The notes beneath the pieces are model-generated. The model was not told where the DNA came from and ran no database searches. It saw nothing but the letters and a program-made list of their open reading frames with translations. A DNA stretch of 64,000 nucleotides, from the IMG/VR virus record IMGVR_UViG_2860837431_000002, positions 62,001 through 126,000 of that record, one strand, 5' to 3'. This document shows positions 17,658-29,425 of the stretch, piece by piece. A program made the position numbers and the translations under genes. The stretch's first letter is position 1. Each line of letters starts with the position of its first letter. Source of the DNA: an uncultured virus (IMG/VR IMGVR_UViG_2860837431_000002) (taxonomy: Duplodnaviria; Heunggongvirae; Uroviricota; Caudoviricetes).

Positions 17658-18845
17658 ATGACAGCTATTTTAGATACTGTTTTACAACGAGAAAAAGACG
17701 AATCATTTACTGATTATCATATCAGACTTTTCAAAAACAAGGACACTTATCACATTGATACAAAAACAATTGCCACTCTTTTAAACAAAGATCAAGGTAC
17801 AAATTATGATGAGAGTAAATGGCGCAAAGATTTTAAGCAATATGAACGATGGAATGATTACATAATGTCAAAGAATTTGGATGATGAAATTCTAAGGAAA
17901 TACGAAGAAGTGCGACTTCAATCTGAAAAGGAAAAGATTAGAACTCGTGATCAAAAAAGAGAATATAGAAAAAGTATAGCCAATCAAGCTCGCTTTGAAA
18001 AAATCAAGGATGATGTAGTCCAAGCTATTGTTAATTTAGAATCAAAAAGACCTCTTCGTTTCACTTTCCCCCTCCCTGCTACTGCTGAAAAGCATGGGCT
18101 TGCTTTGTTCAGTGACTGGCACTTCGGAATGGAAATCGATAACCGCATCAATAAGTTCAATAAAGAAATATTCGATGAACGAGTTGAGCACCTCACAAAC
18201 AAAGTAATTGAGTATGGAAAGAAGAATCATGTCTCCACATTACACGTTGCAAATCTTGGCGATTTAATTGGAGGTCTTATACATGTTTCAACAAGAGTTC
18301 AGGCTAATGAAGATGCTGTAGAGCAAATTAAATATGTGTCAGAAACGCTTGCTGAGGTTTTAGCGATGTTGGCAAGTGAGTTTCAAGAAGTTAAGTTCTA
18401 CAACGTAGCAGGCAATCACGGCCGTCTCTCCCCTTCTAAGAATGATGTCGGGATTAAAGAAAACTTTGAATACCTCATTAATTGGTACCTTGAAGCTAGA
18501 TTAAGAGATATTAAAAACATTTCCATTGAACCAGAACAAGATGGTTTTATCCCCGCTAAAATCAACAATCAAGAAGTCGTGTTTGTCCACGGTCACTATG
18601 ATCGTGTTGATCAATGCGTAACCCGCCTACCTCAATTACTAGGCTATATCCCTTCTTACATATTCGGCGGTCATATTCATCACAACTATGAAAAAGAATA
18701 TGGCAGCACAACTGTTGTTGTAAACGGAGCACTTGTTGGCGCTGATGATTATGCGATGCAGGGTCGCTTTGGTACGAAACCGTCTCAAAAGTTTATGGTC
18801 TTTGATGATGACGGTGTCGAGGCTACATACATTATTCGTTTTTAA
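17658..18845 (+). CDS. yonJ: Calcineurin-like metallophosphoesterase YonJ
   Basis: DWH, GD, GNHG, HGH, GHIH motifs. Confidence 0.9.
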   Translation: MTAILDTVLQREKDESFTDYHIRLFKNKDTYHIDTKTIATLLNKDQGTNYDESKWRKDFKQYERWNDYIMSKNLDDEILRKYEEVRLQSEKEKIRTRDQKREYRKSIANQARFEKIKDDVVQAIVNLESKRPLRFTFPLPATAEKHGLALFSDWHFGMEIDNRINKFNKEIFDERVEHLTNKVIEYGKKNHVSTLHVANLGDLIGGLIHVSTRVQANEDAVEQIKYVSETLAEVLAMLASEFQEVKFYNVAGNHGRLSPSKNDVGIKENFEYLINWYLEARLRDIKNISIEPEQDGFIPAKINNQEVVFVHGHYDRVDQCVTRLPQLLGYIPSYIFGGHIHHNYEKEYGSTTVVVNGALVGADDYAMQGRFGTKPSQKFMVFDDDGVEATYIIRF

Positions 18846-18870
18846 AATGAAAACTAAAGGAGGAACCTGC

Positions 18871-19326
18871 TTGGATTTAGCAATGCATGAAGTGTATAAC
18901 CTTCACTTGTATGATAGAAAAACTGAGGAATCTTTAGTTGATTTAACAACACTTCAAGATGTTGAAATTTTTTATAGTGATGAACATAAAACATATTTGG
19001 TTTTTGCAAAGAATGCTCTGCTAAATTTTGATGCACTTAAATTTTTAGGTGATTATAAAGCTCCAACCTCCTTTGAATCAAAGTTGGGAAAGAAACAATA
19101 TATTTCTGTTTTAACTGAAACACCTAAGCATGAATTCAAACTGTTGGCTGAAACTGTCGGTTCTCGCCCTGAGTCATCAGAGGCCCATAGAGTTACCTTA
19201 GAATTTAATAATGTAGAAATTATTTCTAGAGCTGAATTAAAAGGTGTTAACGGAGAAGTATCGGGTTTAGACTTGATTTTTAAAGTGAACCCAGTTGATA
19301 AAGAATTTTTTAAAATTCACTATTGA
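18871..19326 (+). CDS. Hypothetical protein
   Basis: AAGGAGG SD before TTG 18871. Confidence 0.75.
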   Translation: MDLAMHEVYNLHLYDRKTEESLVDLTTLQDVEIFYSDEHKTYLVFAKNALLNFDALKFLGDYKAPTSFESKLGKKQYISVLTETPKHEFKLLAETVGSRPESSEAHRVTLEFNNVEIISRAELKGVNGEVSGLDLIFKVNPVDKEFFKIHY

Positions 19327-19348
19327 TAAAACTTTAATTTTATTCAGA
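19321..19348. repeat. 28-bp dyad site, copy 4
   Basis: TATTGATAAAA-CTTTAA-TTTTATTCAGA. Confidence 0.85.
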
Positions 19349-19356
19349 TTGGAGTA

Positions 19357-19692
19357 GTGCAAGTGGCTGGTTACAAAGAGGTTTACGAGTCTTTCTGGAA
19401 GCAAATCATTGAAGATGAAACAGGAAACATTAACAAAGATCAACTAATGAAAGAGCTATGTGATTATAAGTATCTATTGGATTCTATTCCTGCTGTTTAT
19501 GAAGAAGTGACTTGTAATACTGTAAGTAAGCCATTTGTTGATCCTATATATGTTATTGAGTCTCATAGAGAAGCATTTATAAATAAAAGAATTGCCCTAG
19601 ATGATTTAAGAAACATGAGTGTGGCAGCAAAACATTATTCACCTTATGAGACAGTTGTGAGCCTAGGAGCTATTGAAGGTTTATTAAAGTAA
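19357..19692 (+). CDS. Hypothetical phage protein
   Basis: 111 aa ORF, GGAG SD (start may be 19363). Confidence 0.75.
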   Translation: MQVAGYKEVYESFWKQIIEDETGNINKDQLMKELCDYKYLLDSIPAVYEEVTCNTVSKPFVDPIYVIESHREAFINKRIALDDLRNMSVAAKHYSPYETVVSLGAIEGLLK

Positions 19693-19723
19693 TACAAAAA
19701 AACGATTGAGGATGAAGAAGAAA

Positions 19724-20224
19724 ATGACGAATGAAGACTTTAAATATCTAAATAAGCACTTAGAAACACTTGCCCAACTCAAGCAGTATGGATACAAATG
19801 TGATAAAGAGATATCTACTGTTATTAGTAAATTACATAAAATAATGGGGCTTGCATCAAAATCAAAAGTTAATTTTTACACTTTAGGTAGCAATGTTGAA
19901 AACGAAAACATTGCTGATTATAAAATAGGCGTAGATTTTCCAAAAGGAAATAGGTTGTTAATCGTTGATCCCCGGACAGACTATACAACAGTTTTACTTG
20001 TTAATATTAAAGACTCCAAATTTGAAAATATTAAAAGAAGAATAGCCCCTCAGACATTCGGATATCAAGCAGACCTATTGGTTAAGATTTTAAAAGAAAA
20101 ACGCCCTGACAAACTGTTGATTGATACATGTGGAATTGGTAAAGGGTTAATGGACATGGTGATTGAAAAGTTAAAAACACAAGATATCGAAATGTCTCCC
20201 AGTGGTGATTTGACCTATAGTTAA
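19724..20224 (+). CDS. yonH: YonH-like protein with a terminase RNase H-like fragment
   Basis: 166 aa from ATG 19724; [16 protein letters not shown] resembles Yon[17 protein letters not shown]. Confidence 0.65.
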   Translation: MTNEDFKYLNKHLETLAQLKQYGYKCDKEISTVISKLHKIMGLASKSKVNFYTLGSNVENENIADYKIGVDFPKGNRLLIVDPRTDYTTVLLVNIKDSKFENIKRRIAPQTFGYQADLLVKILKEKRPDKLLIDTCGIGKGLMDMVIEKLKTQDIEMSPSGDLTYS

Positions 20225-20326
20225 ACACCTTTTTAGAACGCCCAGCGATGATTGCGGTACTCCCCTTCCGCTCTATTGCTGGGCGTTTCATAAAATGTGT
20301 TTACATCAACTTTATGGAGGTGAAAT

Positions 20327-21247
20327 ATGTCTACAGAGAAAATCAAATGCTCATGCTGCGGCAAAGAACAAAATACCAATCAATATTATATCTCGGAATC
20401 TCCTTTCAATTCTGCAACCGGCAAGCTGTCAGTATGTAAAAGCTGTCTCCAAAATGAATTCCAAAAAGACAAAGATAACTTAAAGAATGTTCAAAACATC
20501 TTAAGAATGATTGACCGTCCTTTTGTTTACGACTTGTGGGTTTCCGCTGTTAATGAATCAGAGTCCAAGAAAAAATCAGCTGGAAATGTGTTAGGCACGT
20601 ACATGAAAAATATCGGAATGAAAGATTACAAGTCAAAAACTTGGGCAGACAGTGAGTTTGACTTTGAAGAAGAACAAGAATATACAACACAATTGTTACT
20701 AGCTAAAAGTACAGAAGATATATCTAAGGAAGACATAGATGAATTAATGCAATTCTGGGGTCGTGGTCTTGATGTTGAAGATTACATTTGGCTTCAGAAT
20801 GAGTACATTGACTTCACGAATAGGTATGAATGTGATTCTAAAGGAATGGAACTTCTTATAAATGAAATATGTTTGACTCGGCTAGATATCCGCAAACGGC
20901 GTGAAAATGGCGAAAAAGTCGATCAGCAGCAAAAAACTCTTCAAGATTTACTTGGGTCAAGTAATTTAAAACCCGTTCAAGAAACTGGAGCAAGTGGAGT
21001 TGAACAAGAGTCTTTTGGCACTCTGATCAAAAAATATGAGAATGAGAGACCTATTCCTGAGCCAGAGCCTAGATGGAAAGATCCTGATAAAATCGGGAAA
21101 TACATTAAGGTATTTTTCCTTGGGCATCTGTCTCGAATGCTTGGTTTGAAAAATCAATATTCAGAGGAATATTGGGAAGAAATGAATAAGCATACTGTTG
21201 AAGAACCTGTTGCAGAAGAAGAGGATCGAGAAAATGACCTCACATAA
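20327..21247 (+). CDS. yonG: YonG, Zn-finger protein, possible terminase small subunit
   Basis: CSCC...CKSC; overlaps the terminase start. Confidence 0.8.
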   Translation: MSTEKIKCSCCGKEQNTNQYYISESPFNSATGKLSVCKSCLQNEFQKDKDNLKNVQNILRMIDRPFVYDLWVSAVNESESKKKSAGNVLGTYMKNIGMKDYKSKTWADSEFDFEEEQEYTTQLLLAKSTEDISKEDIDELMQFWGRGLDVEDYIWLQNEYIDFTNRYECDSKGMELLINEICLTRLDIRKRRENGEKVDQQQKTLQDLLGSSNLKPVQETGASGVEQESFGTLIKKYENERPIPEPEPRWKDPDKIGKYIKVFFLGHLSRMLGLKNQYSEEYWEEMNKHTVEEPVAEEEDRENDLT

Positions 21248-23003
21248 AAATTTTACAACAGATCGCAACAAGCACAGTCGAGGAATCAATATTTTTAAAA
21301 AGGGAAACAACTTTAAAAAGAAATCAAAATCTGAACGATTAATGGATGGTATCGGCGCATGGACTTCTTTCTATAGAGCAAACCCACATCGTTTTGTAAA
21401 AGAATACTTGGGTATTACACTTAAATTGTTTCAATGTATTTTAATTTACATGATGGTACATAACCATTATTTTATGTACCTGGCCAGTCGTGGGCAGGGT
21501 AAAACTTGGCTAACCTCTGTATACTGCTGTGTGCAAGCCATACTCTTCCCAGGTACTAAAATAGTTATCGCATCGGGCACAAAGGGACAAGCTCGTGAAG
21601 TCATAGAGAAGATTGATGACTTACGCAAAGAATCACCTAATTTAAGGCGAGAAATTGAAGATTTAAAAACCTCAACAAATGATGCTAAAGTGGAGTTTCA
21701 TAATGGCAGCTGGATTAAAATCGTAGCCTCGAATGATGGCGCCCGCTCCAAGCGTGCAAACCTCCTTATTGTAGATGAATTCAGAATGGTTGATTTTGAA
21801 ATCATCAGTAAAGTACTTCGAAAATTCCTGACAGCTCCCCGTTCTCCTAAATATCTCGAAAAAGAAGAATACGCTCACTTAAAAGAACGAAACAAAGAAA
21901 TTTACTTGTCTTCCTGCTGGTACAAGGTTCATTGGTCATTTAACAGATTCATAACTTACTACAATGCCATGATGAAAGGATCAAAATATTTTGTGTGTGG
22001 TCTCCCTTATCAGATCGCAATTAAAGAAGGTCTTTTGGATAAAGATCAGGTTAGAGATGAAATGGCCGAAGAAGACTTTGATCCTATCGGTTGGTCTATG
22101 GAAATGGAAGCTCTCTGGTTTGGTGAATCTGAAAAAGCCTATTTTAAATTCGAAGACATTGAAAAGAACCGCAAGCTTGCTTCTCCCCTCTTCCCTCCTG
22201 ACTATTACAGTCTAATCAAGGATTCCAACTTCAAATATGAAGGCAAGAAACCAGGAGAAATTAGACTGGTAAGCAATGATATCGCTGGAATGGCCGGTAA
22301 GGATAATGATGCCAGTGTTTACACTGTATTCAGACTGATTCCAAGCTCCAATGGATATGATCGTCATATTGTATACATGGAGAGCATCGTAGGCGGTCAT
22401 ACAGGAACTCAAGCAACAAGAATTCGACAAATATACGAAGATTATGATTGTGATTATATTGTATTGGATACTCAGAGTATCGGACTAGGTGTGTATGATG
22501 CATTATGCCAGCCTCTATATGATAAAGAACGTGCAAAAGAATATGAGCCATTTTCATGTATTAACGATGAAAGAATGGCTGAGCGTTGCACTTATCAAAA
22601 TGCCGAAAAAGTAATTTATAGCATTAAAGGTAATGCACAATTGAACAGTGAAATTGCTGTATTACTTAAAGATGGATTCAAACGAGGGAAAATCAAAATT
22701 CCTATCAACGAAAATGAAGGGAAAGAATATCTGAAAAGATTTAAAGGCTATGAAGGGCTATCTCCTGAAGTTAAAGGGAAATTCCTTTCAAGCTATGCTC
22801 AGATTACTCTTCTGATAAATGAAATGATCAACTTAGAAGCTGAATATAGCGATAACGGACAAGTTAAGCTTAAAGAGCCAAAGAGCAAACGAAAAGACAG
22901 ATATAGCTCAGTGGCTTATGGGAACTACATTGCCACCGTATTAGAAAGGCAGTTAAACAAACAAACTGAATATGACGTTGAAGATGAACTAGTCTATTTT
23001 TAA
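21234..23003 (+). CDS. yonF: Terminase large subunit
   Basis: ASRGQGKT Walker A, LLIVDE Walker B, C-terminal nuclease with KDRYS. Confidence 0.93.
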   Translation: MTSHKNFTTDRNKHSRGINIFKKGNNFKKKSKSERLMDGIGAWTSFYRANPHRFVKEYLGITLKLFQCILIYMMVHNHYFMYLASRGQGKTWLTSVYCCVQAILFPGTKIVIASGTKGQAREVIEKIDDLRKESPNLRREIEDLKTSTNDAKVEFHNGSWIKIVASNDGARSKRANLLIVDEFRMVDFEIISKVLRKFLTAPRSPKYLEKEEYAHLKERNKEIYLSSCWYKVHWSFNRFITYYNAMMKGSKYFVCGLPYQIAIKEGLLDKDQVRDEMAEEDFDPIGWSMEMEALWFGESEKAYFKFEDIEKNRKLASPLFPPDYYSLIKDSNFKYEGKKPGEIRLVSNDIAGMAGKDNDASVYTVFRLIPSSNGYDRHIVYMESIVGGHTGTQATRIRQIYEDYDCDYIVLDTQSIGLGVYDALCQPLYDKERAKEYEPFSCINDERMAERCTYQNAEKVIYSIKGNAQLNSEIAVLLKDGFKRGKIKIPINENEGKEYLKRFKGYEGLSPEVKGKFLSSYAQITLLINEMINLEAEYSDNGQVKLKEPKSKRKDRYSSVAYGNYIATVLERQLNKQTEYDVEDELVYF

Positions 23004-23020
23004 AAGAAATGAGGTGAAAC

Positions 23021-24541
23021 ATGGTAACCTTAAATAAAGTTGACATTGAGTCTGAAGAGTATAAGCAAATGCTGAATGACTATTCAACTTATACTTCTAC
23101 ATTTGCTTCCGGCTTTATCTCAAATATGTTTTCCAATGGCATTGTTACGGAAATTGAGGCCGAACAATTAAAGAATTATTTTTCTAACCCCGATGAATTT
23201 CAAGAAGAAATTGAAGATCTTGCTGAGTATTTTTACATTTCGACTGCAGAGATTCACCAATTGTTTGAATTGATTGAAGCCCTCCCTACCCTCAACTATA
23301 AAATTGACTCCTTTAATAAAGTTAAGTCTTCAGATAAGCATATTTCCCTTTTGAATAAATCCTTACATAAGGTTAAACACAAAAGACTTACTAGGGATCT
23401 GTTAAAACAGGTAGCTACAGCTGGCACTCTTGTTGGTATATGGCTTGGGGATGCTAAGAGTCCCTATCCGTTTATCTTTGATGAGATTAAATATGTATTC
23501 CCCTCTTTTAGGAGAAATGGGGACTGGGTATGTGTAGTTGACATGGAGATGTTCACTAAATATGAAGATGATCGCAGAAGTGAATTGTTAAAAAGCCTCT
23601 CCCCTTATATTAAACAAAGCGATTATGAAAACTTCATAAAAGATCGAGAGAAATATCGATATAAGGAATTGCCACAAGAAAGAACTTTTCCACTACGCAC
23701 AGGAACGCTAAAGAGAAATCAAGGATTGGGAACATCTTGGGTTACCCCAGGTCTATATGACGTTCTACATAAAAAGAAGCTTAAAGATGTTGAAAGATCC
23801 ATCGCAAATAAAATTATTAACGCTGTTGCAGTTCTAACGATTGGAACAGATAAAGGTAATGGCGAATACACAAACATGAAGCTGCCTAAAGCAGTTAAAC
23901 AAAAAATTCATGGTGGCGTTAAAACTGCTTTGGAAAAAAATCAGAAAGATGGAGTAACTGTAGTATCAATCCCTGACTTTGCTGATATCAACTTTCCTGA
24001 TGTTAAAGCAGATGGATTAGATGGAGCAAAATTTGACCATATCAATAGCGATATTCAATCTGCTTACGGCTTATCCGGCTCCCTTTTAAATGGTGATGGG
24101 GGTAACTACGCAACTTCGTCGTTAAACTTGGATACATTTTATAAGCGTATTGGAGTTTTAATGGAGGATATTGAACAAGAGGTTTATCAAAAGTTATTCA
24201 ACCTTGTTTTGCCTGCTGCCCAAAAAGACAATTACTATATGAATTACGATAAAGACAAGCCGCTCACTCTCAAAGAAAAAATGGACATCTTAATTAAATT
24301 AAATGATAAGGGCTGGTCTATTAAACACGTTGTTGATAATTTGGCAGGAGTGTCTTGGGAAAGTTACCTTGAACAAACTCTATATGAAACTGAAGAGCTG
24401 AAACTCCAAGAAAAAATTAGACCTTATCAAACTTCATATACCTTCACTGGGAATAAATCAGGCCGCCCAAATGAAGGAAATAAAAACAACGACAACACAG
24501 TGAAGTCAGCTACATCCAACGGTAATGACAATCCTATTTAA
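23021..24541 (+). CDS. yonE: Probable portal protein
   Basis: 506 aa directly after terminase; synteny. Confidence 0.8.
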   Translation: MVTLNKVDIESEEYKQMLNDYSTYTSTFASGFISNMFSNGIVTEIEAEQLKNYFSNPDEFQEEIEDLAEYFYISTAEIHQLFELIEALPTLNYKIDSFNKVKSSDKHISLLNKSLHKVKHKRLTRDLLKQVATAGTLVGIWLGDAKSPYPFIFDEIKYVFPSFRRNGDWVCVVDMEMFTKYEDDRRSELLKSLSPYIKQSDYENFIKDREKYRYKELPQERTFPLRTGTLKRNQGLGTSWVTPGLYDVLHKKKLKDVERSIANKIINAVAVLTIGTDKGNGEYTNMKLPKAVKQKIHGGVKTALEKNQKDGVTVVSIPDFADINFPDVKADGLDGAKFDHINSDIQSAYGLSGSLLNGDGGNYATSSLNLDTFYKRIGVLMEDIEQEVYQKLFNLVLPAAQKDNYYMNYDKDKPLTLKEKMDILIKLNDKGWSIKHVVDNLAGVSWESYLEQTLYETEELKLQEKIRPYQTSYTFTGNKSGRPNEGNKNNDNTVKSATSNGNDNPI

Positions 24542-24571
24542 AACTTCACATTTGAAGGGAGGTGAAATTAT

Positions 24572-26008
24572 TTGACAAAGAAGCAAAAGAAAAAACTATG
24601 CCAACTTCAATTGAATGAGATTAAAACATCAGATGACCCAACAAAGTTGTCATGTAGCTTTGTCATTTTTGATTTCGATGTCTCTCACAATAACGCAGTA
24701 ATTTCTAAGGATGTTGCTCTTGAAGCTGCTTCAACAATTATTAATAAACCAATTGTTGCAAAATATTACGAGGTTGATGAATTAAATACTTCTACAGATG
24801 CATTGGGAACTCATGAAGCTTATCTAGACACAGATAAGCACGGAGAACTTGAAGTAAAAAGAGATACTGCCCCAATCGGTGTCTTTACATCCGAGGGATA
24901 CATAACTGAAATTGAAACCCCAGATGGTAAAAAAGAAGTATTGGCAGCAGATGCAATACTTTGGAGCTCTCGATTTAAAGATGCATGTGAACTTTTACTT
25001 GAATGGTATGGTCGGGGTATTAACATTAATACAAGTTGTGAGATCCTTTATTCAAATTACACTATGCAAGATGGCATTGAACACCTACAGTCCCCTATCT
25101 ATTTCGAAGGTCATGCAATTTTAAATTCAGAGAAACGAGGAGAGCATGACATTGTCCTCCCCGCTTATGATTCTTCCAAACTTCTTAGCTTTAATGAAAT
25201 TCAACAATTTGAAAGATTAGTTGCTCAAGCAGCTACAAGACAAAATAATGAGGAAGGTGAAAAAATGAATAAGTTTAGAAAAGTGTTTGAATTGTCTCAT
25301 TCTGACGTTCGAACACTTCTTTATAACCAATTAGATCCAACCCTTGACAAGGAGTCAGCATCTTATATTGCAGATGTATATGATACTTATTTCATCGTAA
25401 ACGTGTATAGCTGGTCAGATGAAAATAGCTATGACAAATACTTTAAGTACAATTACACAAGAACAGGCGATACTGTTTCAATTGATTTTGACAGTAAAAC
25501 CGAGGTATTCATGACACGTAACTGGGAGGAAGCTGTTCCTGAACCTATTCAAACACAACTTAACCAAAAAGATGAACAGATTAAAGATTTAACGAAACAA
25601 GTAAACCAAATCAATAAGAATAAGGCAGATATTGAACAGCAATTCAACACTGCCAGTGAAAAGCTTGTGCAATTAAATTCTGAAGTGGAACAATTGAAGC
25701 CTTATAAAGAAAAACACGAGAAAACTTTATTAGAGCAAAAACTAAATGAGAAAAATGAATTCTATAAAGCGAAATTTGAAGCTTTAAATGCTGAGGAAAA
25801 ATTCAGTACAGAAGAAGTACAAAACCTTATCCATGCTTCGGTTAAACAAGATGAAGAAGGAGAAAAAGCTGTATTACAACTTAACACAATGTTAGTTGAT
25901 TTAGTTAGTGTTCCTACTGAAACAAATACAACCATTAGAGAATTTTCAAGTAAACGGGAAAATTTAATCCCTAACGATGACTCTTTTGAATCACGCTTTT
26001 CACAATAA
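24572..26008 (+). CDS. yonD: Probable prohead protease/scaffold protein
   Basis: Protease-like N-terminus (HN, TSCE), coiled-coil C-terminus. Confidence 0.75.
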   Translation: MTKKQKKKLCQLQLNEIKTSDDPTKLSCSFVIFDFDVSHNNAVISKDVALEAASTIINKPIVAKYYEVDELNTSTDALGTHEAYLDTDKHGELEVKRDTAPIGVFTSEGYITEIETPDGKKEVLAADAILWSSRFKDACELLLEWYGRGININTSCEILYSNYTMQDGIEHLQSPIYFEGHAILNSEKRGEHDIVLPAYDSSKLLSFNEIQQFERLVAQAATRQNNEEGEKMNKFRKVFELSHSDVRTLLYNQLDPTLDKESASYIADVYDTYFIVNVYSWSDENSYDKYFKYNYTRTGDTVSIDFDSKTEVFMTRNWEEAVPEPIQTQLNQKDEQIKDLTKQVNQINKNKADIEQQFNTASEKLVQLNSEVEQLKPYKEKHEKTLLEQKLNEKNEFYKAKFEALNAEEKFSTEEVQNLIHASVKQDEEGEKAVLQLNTMLVDLVSVPTETNTTIREFSSKRENLIPNDDSFESRFSQ

Positions 26009-26032
26009 ATTTTAAACTTGGAGGAATAAAAT

Positions 26033-26569
26033 ATGGCTACAAGATTACAAAAAGCCCTTACTGAAGTAGGTAATCATACTACTGGAAACTTGAATTCTTT
26101 AAAAATTAAAACAGTTGCTCACGGTGCAAAAGTAACTGGTTCAGACATTGACAACTTCATGCTTGTTGAACTTGATTTTGATGCTGAGGGGAATCGTACT
26201 GCTTCAAAGCTATCAGATAAAACAAAAAAAGCATATTTAATTGCATCTCCCGAAGCACGCTACCTTGGCGAATCAATGAGAGATTTTTATAACGGTGTAG
26301 GAGAGCATGCTCGAATTGTTATCCTTGAGCCAGCTTATACCCGTTTTGATGTTTCTGCATTTTCATTTAATACAGGAGTGACTGAGGTTAAACAAGGTCA
26401 AGTAGCTCACTTTGATATTGCTACTCAAAAGTATATTCTTAGTGATCCTGCTTCTCCTCATGAGGATTATGCAGATTCTTCTGCTAAGTTCCTAGTTGTA
26501 AATAATGAAGATGACCTTGTTTACACAATGGGTCAAAAGCTTGTTCGCCTTGAAGTAATCGAGGCCTAA
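26033..26569 (+). CDS. yonC: Virion structural protein (possible head decoration)
   Basis: 178 aa between scaffold and capsid genes. Confidence 0.75.
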   Translation: MATRLQKALTEVGNHTTGNLNSLKIKTVAHGAKVTGSDIDNFMLVELDFDAEGNRTASKLSDKTKKAYLIASPEARYLGESMRDFYNGVGEHARIVILEPAYTRFDVSAFSFNTGVTEVKQGQVAHFDIATQKYILSDPASPHEDYADSSAKFLVVNNEDDLVYTMGQKLVRLEVIEA

Positions 26570-26607
26570 TACATAACAAATAAATTTCAATAAAAGGAGT
26601 ATTTTAA

Positions 26608-27624
26608 ATGAAATTAGATACTGTGAAAATCAAAGGCTTGTTTAGCCGTGTATTAAATAACAAAATGGACGGTACAGATCAAGCTGATATCCAAACTTAC
26701 ATTAAGAAAGTGTTTGGTGACGGCGGTACTACACCTGATCCTTCCATGCTCCATCAATTTAATAACCTTGTCGTTGAACAAGCTGATGAAATTGCGAAAC
26801 CAAAAGTAACTCAACTCCTCTCCCTTTTGGCCAATGTCCAACAAGAAAAACGAGGCAATATTAAAGAAATTAAAATTCCAAAAAAGAATAAGGCAAAAGT
26901 CATTTGGTCTGCTACTGGTTCTGGCGTTGATTTAGTTCGTGTTGAAGGGCAAGAATCAGTTCCAGCTGTTCCGAAAACTATGTCCACAGGTTTTTATTAT
27001 GAACCCCTAGATCTGGTAACAGATTCAATTGTTTACTTCAATAAATTGGTGAATGATATTGCAGATGCTAAAGTCCGCTTGTACCTCGATAAAATTCATC
27101 AATTAACTGCAAGCGCAATTACAGCTGGTAAAATCCCTGCAAAAAATGTTCAAACAGGCTCAAACCTTACTCTTCAACAATACAACAAAGTAGCTTCCGT
27201 GCTTCAACGTTATGGTGGAAAACCAATCTTCGTCGCTGACACTCTTCTCATTGACTACTTCGCATTCCAACAAGGAACAGACTCTACGTTTAAGAACTTC
27301 TTAACAGAAGAAGTTAAAGGAGAACTCCTCACTGCCCTAAATCCAACTACAATCGGCAGAACAACTGCTGTTAACCTTACTAACCCATTTACAGATGATA
27401 CAAATAGTAAAGTCGAACTTCCTGTCAACAAAGGTTATATGTTTGCAGGTGGAGTTTCACAGAAACCATTTTCTGTTGTTGAGTATGGCGGACTGCGTCA
27501 ATTGACAGAACAAGATATCGAAGATGAAAGAATCAAAATGAAAATTGTTCAAGATGCTTCTGTTAACCTTCTTTTTGGAGAAGCAATCGGAATTATTGAA
27601 GAACAAGCTGCAGTATCTATCTAA
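26608..27624 (+). CDS. yonB: Probable major capsid protein
   Basis: 338 aa; position and synteny. Confidence 0.8.
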   Translation: MKLDTVKIKGLFSRVLNNKMDGTDQADIQTYIKKVFGDGGTTPDPSMLHQFNNLVVEQADEIAKPKVTQLLSLLANVQQEKRGNIKEIKIPKKNKAKVIWSATGSGVDLVRVEGQESVPAVPKTMSTGFYYEPLDLVTDSIVYFNKLVNDIADAKVRLYLDKIHQLTASAITAGKIPAKNVQTGSNLTLQQYNKVASVLQRYGGKPIFVADTLLIDYFAFQQGTDSTFKNFLTEEVKGELLTALNPTTIGRTTAVNLTNPFTDDTNSKVELPVNKGYMFAGGVSQKPFSVVEYGGLRQLTEQDIEDERIKMKIVQDASVNLLFGEAIGIIEEQAAVSI

Positions 27625-27659
27625 ATCAAAATATGAGGATTTTTTAGGAGGATATTAAT

Positions 27660-28130
27660 TTGACTGAAAAAATTAAGTTAGCACGATACAGAAGTACGTC
27701 TTATTTTGTTGGGTATACCGGCGATGGCGGACATAAACAATACACTTGGGCTGGAAGTAAAAATGGGAAGGCTGATATTAAAGAAGTTCCAAAAGAAGTT
27801 GTTGAATGGCTCACAATGAACAGCGTTTGTTTCGATAAAGGTGAATTAGTTATTGTTGAAGATAATGATACCACCAAAGAAATTAAAGATTCTATTGTTG
27901 AGTCGGAGGCTTATGAAAATAACATCCATACCAAAGAAGAAATTGAAAAGATGATTAAAACAGGAAATATTGCTCAACTAAAAAATAAGCTCGATAAAAT
28001 CACAGTAGATTCTGAGAAACAATTTATTATTGACGTTGCTTCAGAATTTAGCGATGACATTGCTGCAGGCAAATTAAAAGTTTTGGCTGATTGGATGGGA
28101 GTCGCTGATCCTTCCCTTCTCTTTGACTAA
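27660..28130 (+). CDS. yonA: Hypothetical late protein
   Basis: 156 aa; synteny. Confidence 0.75.
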   Translation: MTEKIKLARYRSTSYFVGYTGDGGHKQYTWAGSKNGKADIKEVPKEVVEWLTMNSVCFDKGELVIVEDNDTTKEIKDSIVESEAYENNIHTKEEIEKMIKTGNIAQLKNKLDKITVDSEKQFIIDVASEFSDDIAAGKLKVLADWMGVADPSLLFD

Positions 28131-28144
28131 GAGGAGGGATTTTT

Positions 28145-28540
28145 ATGACATCTTATGATCAAATATGGGAAACTTTTTTAAACAACTGCGAGACGTCCGA
28201 TTTTGATGTTCCTCAAGAAGAAGAGGACATTTATAAATCAATTCGAAATGCAATCCTTCATTTCAATAACCGGCTTAGAGACAATTTAAAAGCTGATAAT
28301 TCAACTGAAACTGTTAATCGGGAATTATCTGAGGATGATCTTCTTATTCTTGCACACTTCTTGAGATACATCTTTTTGTTAAATAAAAAGACCTTGTTTG
28401 AGAATACGTGGCAGCCCTTCACTAATGACGTGGGGATCAAGAACTTTAGTACGCAACTCAATTCACTTAAACAAAGTGTAATAGATCAGAAAGACGAAAT
28501 TGAGCGCTTGATATTGAACGCTGCGGTGGATTATCTATGA
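28145..28540 (+). CDS. yomZ: Probable head-tail connector protein
   Basis: 131 aa; synteny. Confidence 0.7.
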   Translation: MTSYDQIWETFLNNCETSDFDVPQEEEDIYKSIRNAILHFNNRLRDNLKADNSTETVNRELSEDDLLILAHFLRYIFLLNKKTLFENTWQPFTNDVGIKNFSTQLNSLKQSVIDQKDEIERLILNAAVDYL

Positions 28541-28791
28541 GTACAATTAAAGTTAAATCAGCATATAAAGATGGACAAATAAAGCTTGAGGACTTAGATG
28601 TTGTTTGCAATAAACTGTGTAAGAAAAACAATTCAGTCCTCTTCAAATTGGAGAAATACCTTAATAAAAAGCTGCTAAGTGATCCTGAACTCACAGAAAT
28701 CAGGGACACTATTTTAACAGTAAGTGGTGAATTAAGCAGACTTAGGGATAACTTAGTAACAGACGGTGATTCGAATGAAGGACTACAGTAA
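28537..28791 (+). CDS. yomY: Hypothetical late protein
   Basis: 84 aa, ATGA overlap. Confidence 0.7.
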   Translation: MSTIKVKSAYKDGQIKLEDLDVVCNKLCKKNNSVLFKLEKYLNKKLLSDPELTEIRDTILTVSGELSRLRDNLVTDGDSNEGLQ

Positions 28792-29425
28792 TTACCACAA
28801 GGTTAACATTAATAATAAACTTCTTCATGATGGTAAGCTTATTTTCCAACAAGGCCTTAAGGGGTTTGAATCTGAAAAAGTCACAATTGATGGAATCGAA
28901 AAAACAGTAATGATCACTTCTAAGTACTCTAGTGGCGATGGTTCTGCAAGATATATATTAGGTGAAATTGCTGACATTTATCGTGGCGGAGTTGTTAAGT
29001 TTAATGATGAAACATGGCTCATCACCTCCCACCCTCTCAGTAATAAGATTTACAAAAAGGCTGAGATAAAAATATGTGGAACATCATTTTTTCTTACTTC
29101 AGAAGACAAGCTAATCGAAACTGGCAAAATTAACGAAATCACCGGTAAGCCAATTTGTGAAAAAGTACCTGGTGAAAAAACTGAAGTCCCCTGCATATTC
29201 GAAAGGACAACTTCAATAAATGGCACTGAATTGGCGGTAAATCTTCCGGATGGTCAAGCAAACATTACAATTCCTTATCTTGTTCATGAAAAATTAAAAA
29301 TCGGACTTACCCTCACCTTCTTTGGCGAAGATTATCAAGTCGATGATATAGACTATTCTAAAGTTTATGGAGACCACGGAACAATAAAATTGGTTGCCAA
29401 AAAGAAAGTTGGTGAAAAGACATGA
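28775..29425 (+). CDS. yomX: Probable head closure/neck protein
   Basis: 216 aa; synteny. Confidence 0.7.
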   Translation: MKDYSNYHKVNINNKLLHDGKLIFQQGLKGFESEKVTIDGIEKTVMITSKYSSGDGSARYILGEIADIYRGGVVKFNDETWLITSHPLSNKIYKKAEIKICGTSFFLTSEDKLIETGKINEITGKPICEKVPGEKTEVPCIFERTTSINGTELAVNLPDGQANITIPYLVHEKLKIGLTLTFFGEDYQVDDIDYSKVYGDHGTIKLVAKKKVGEKT

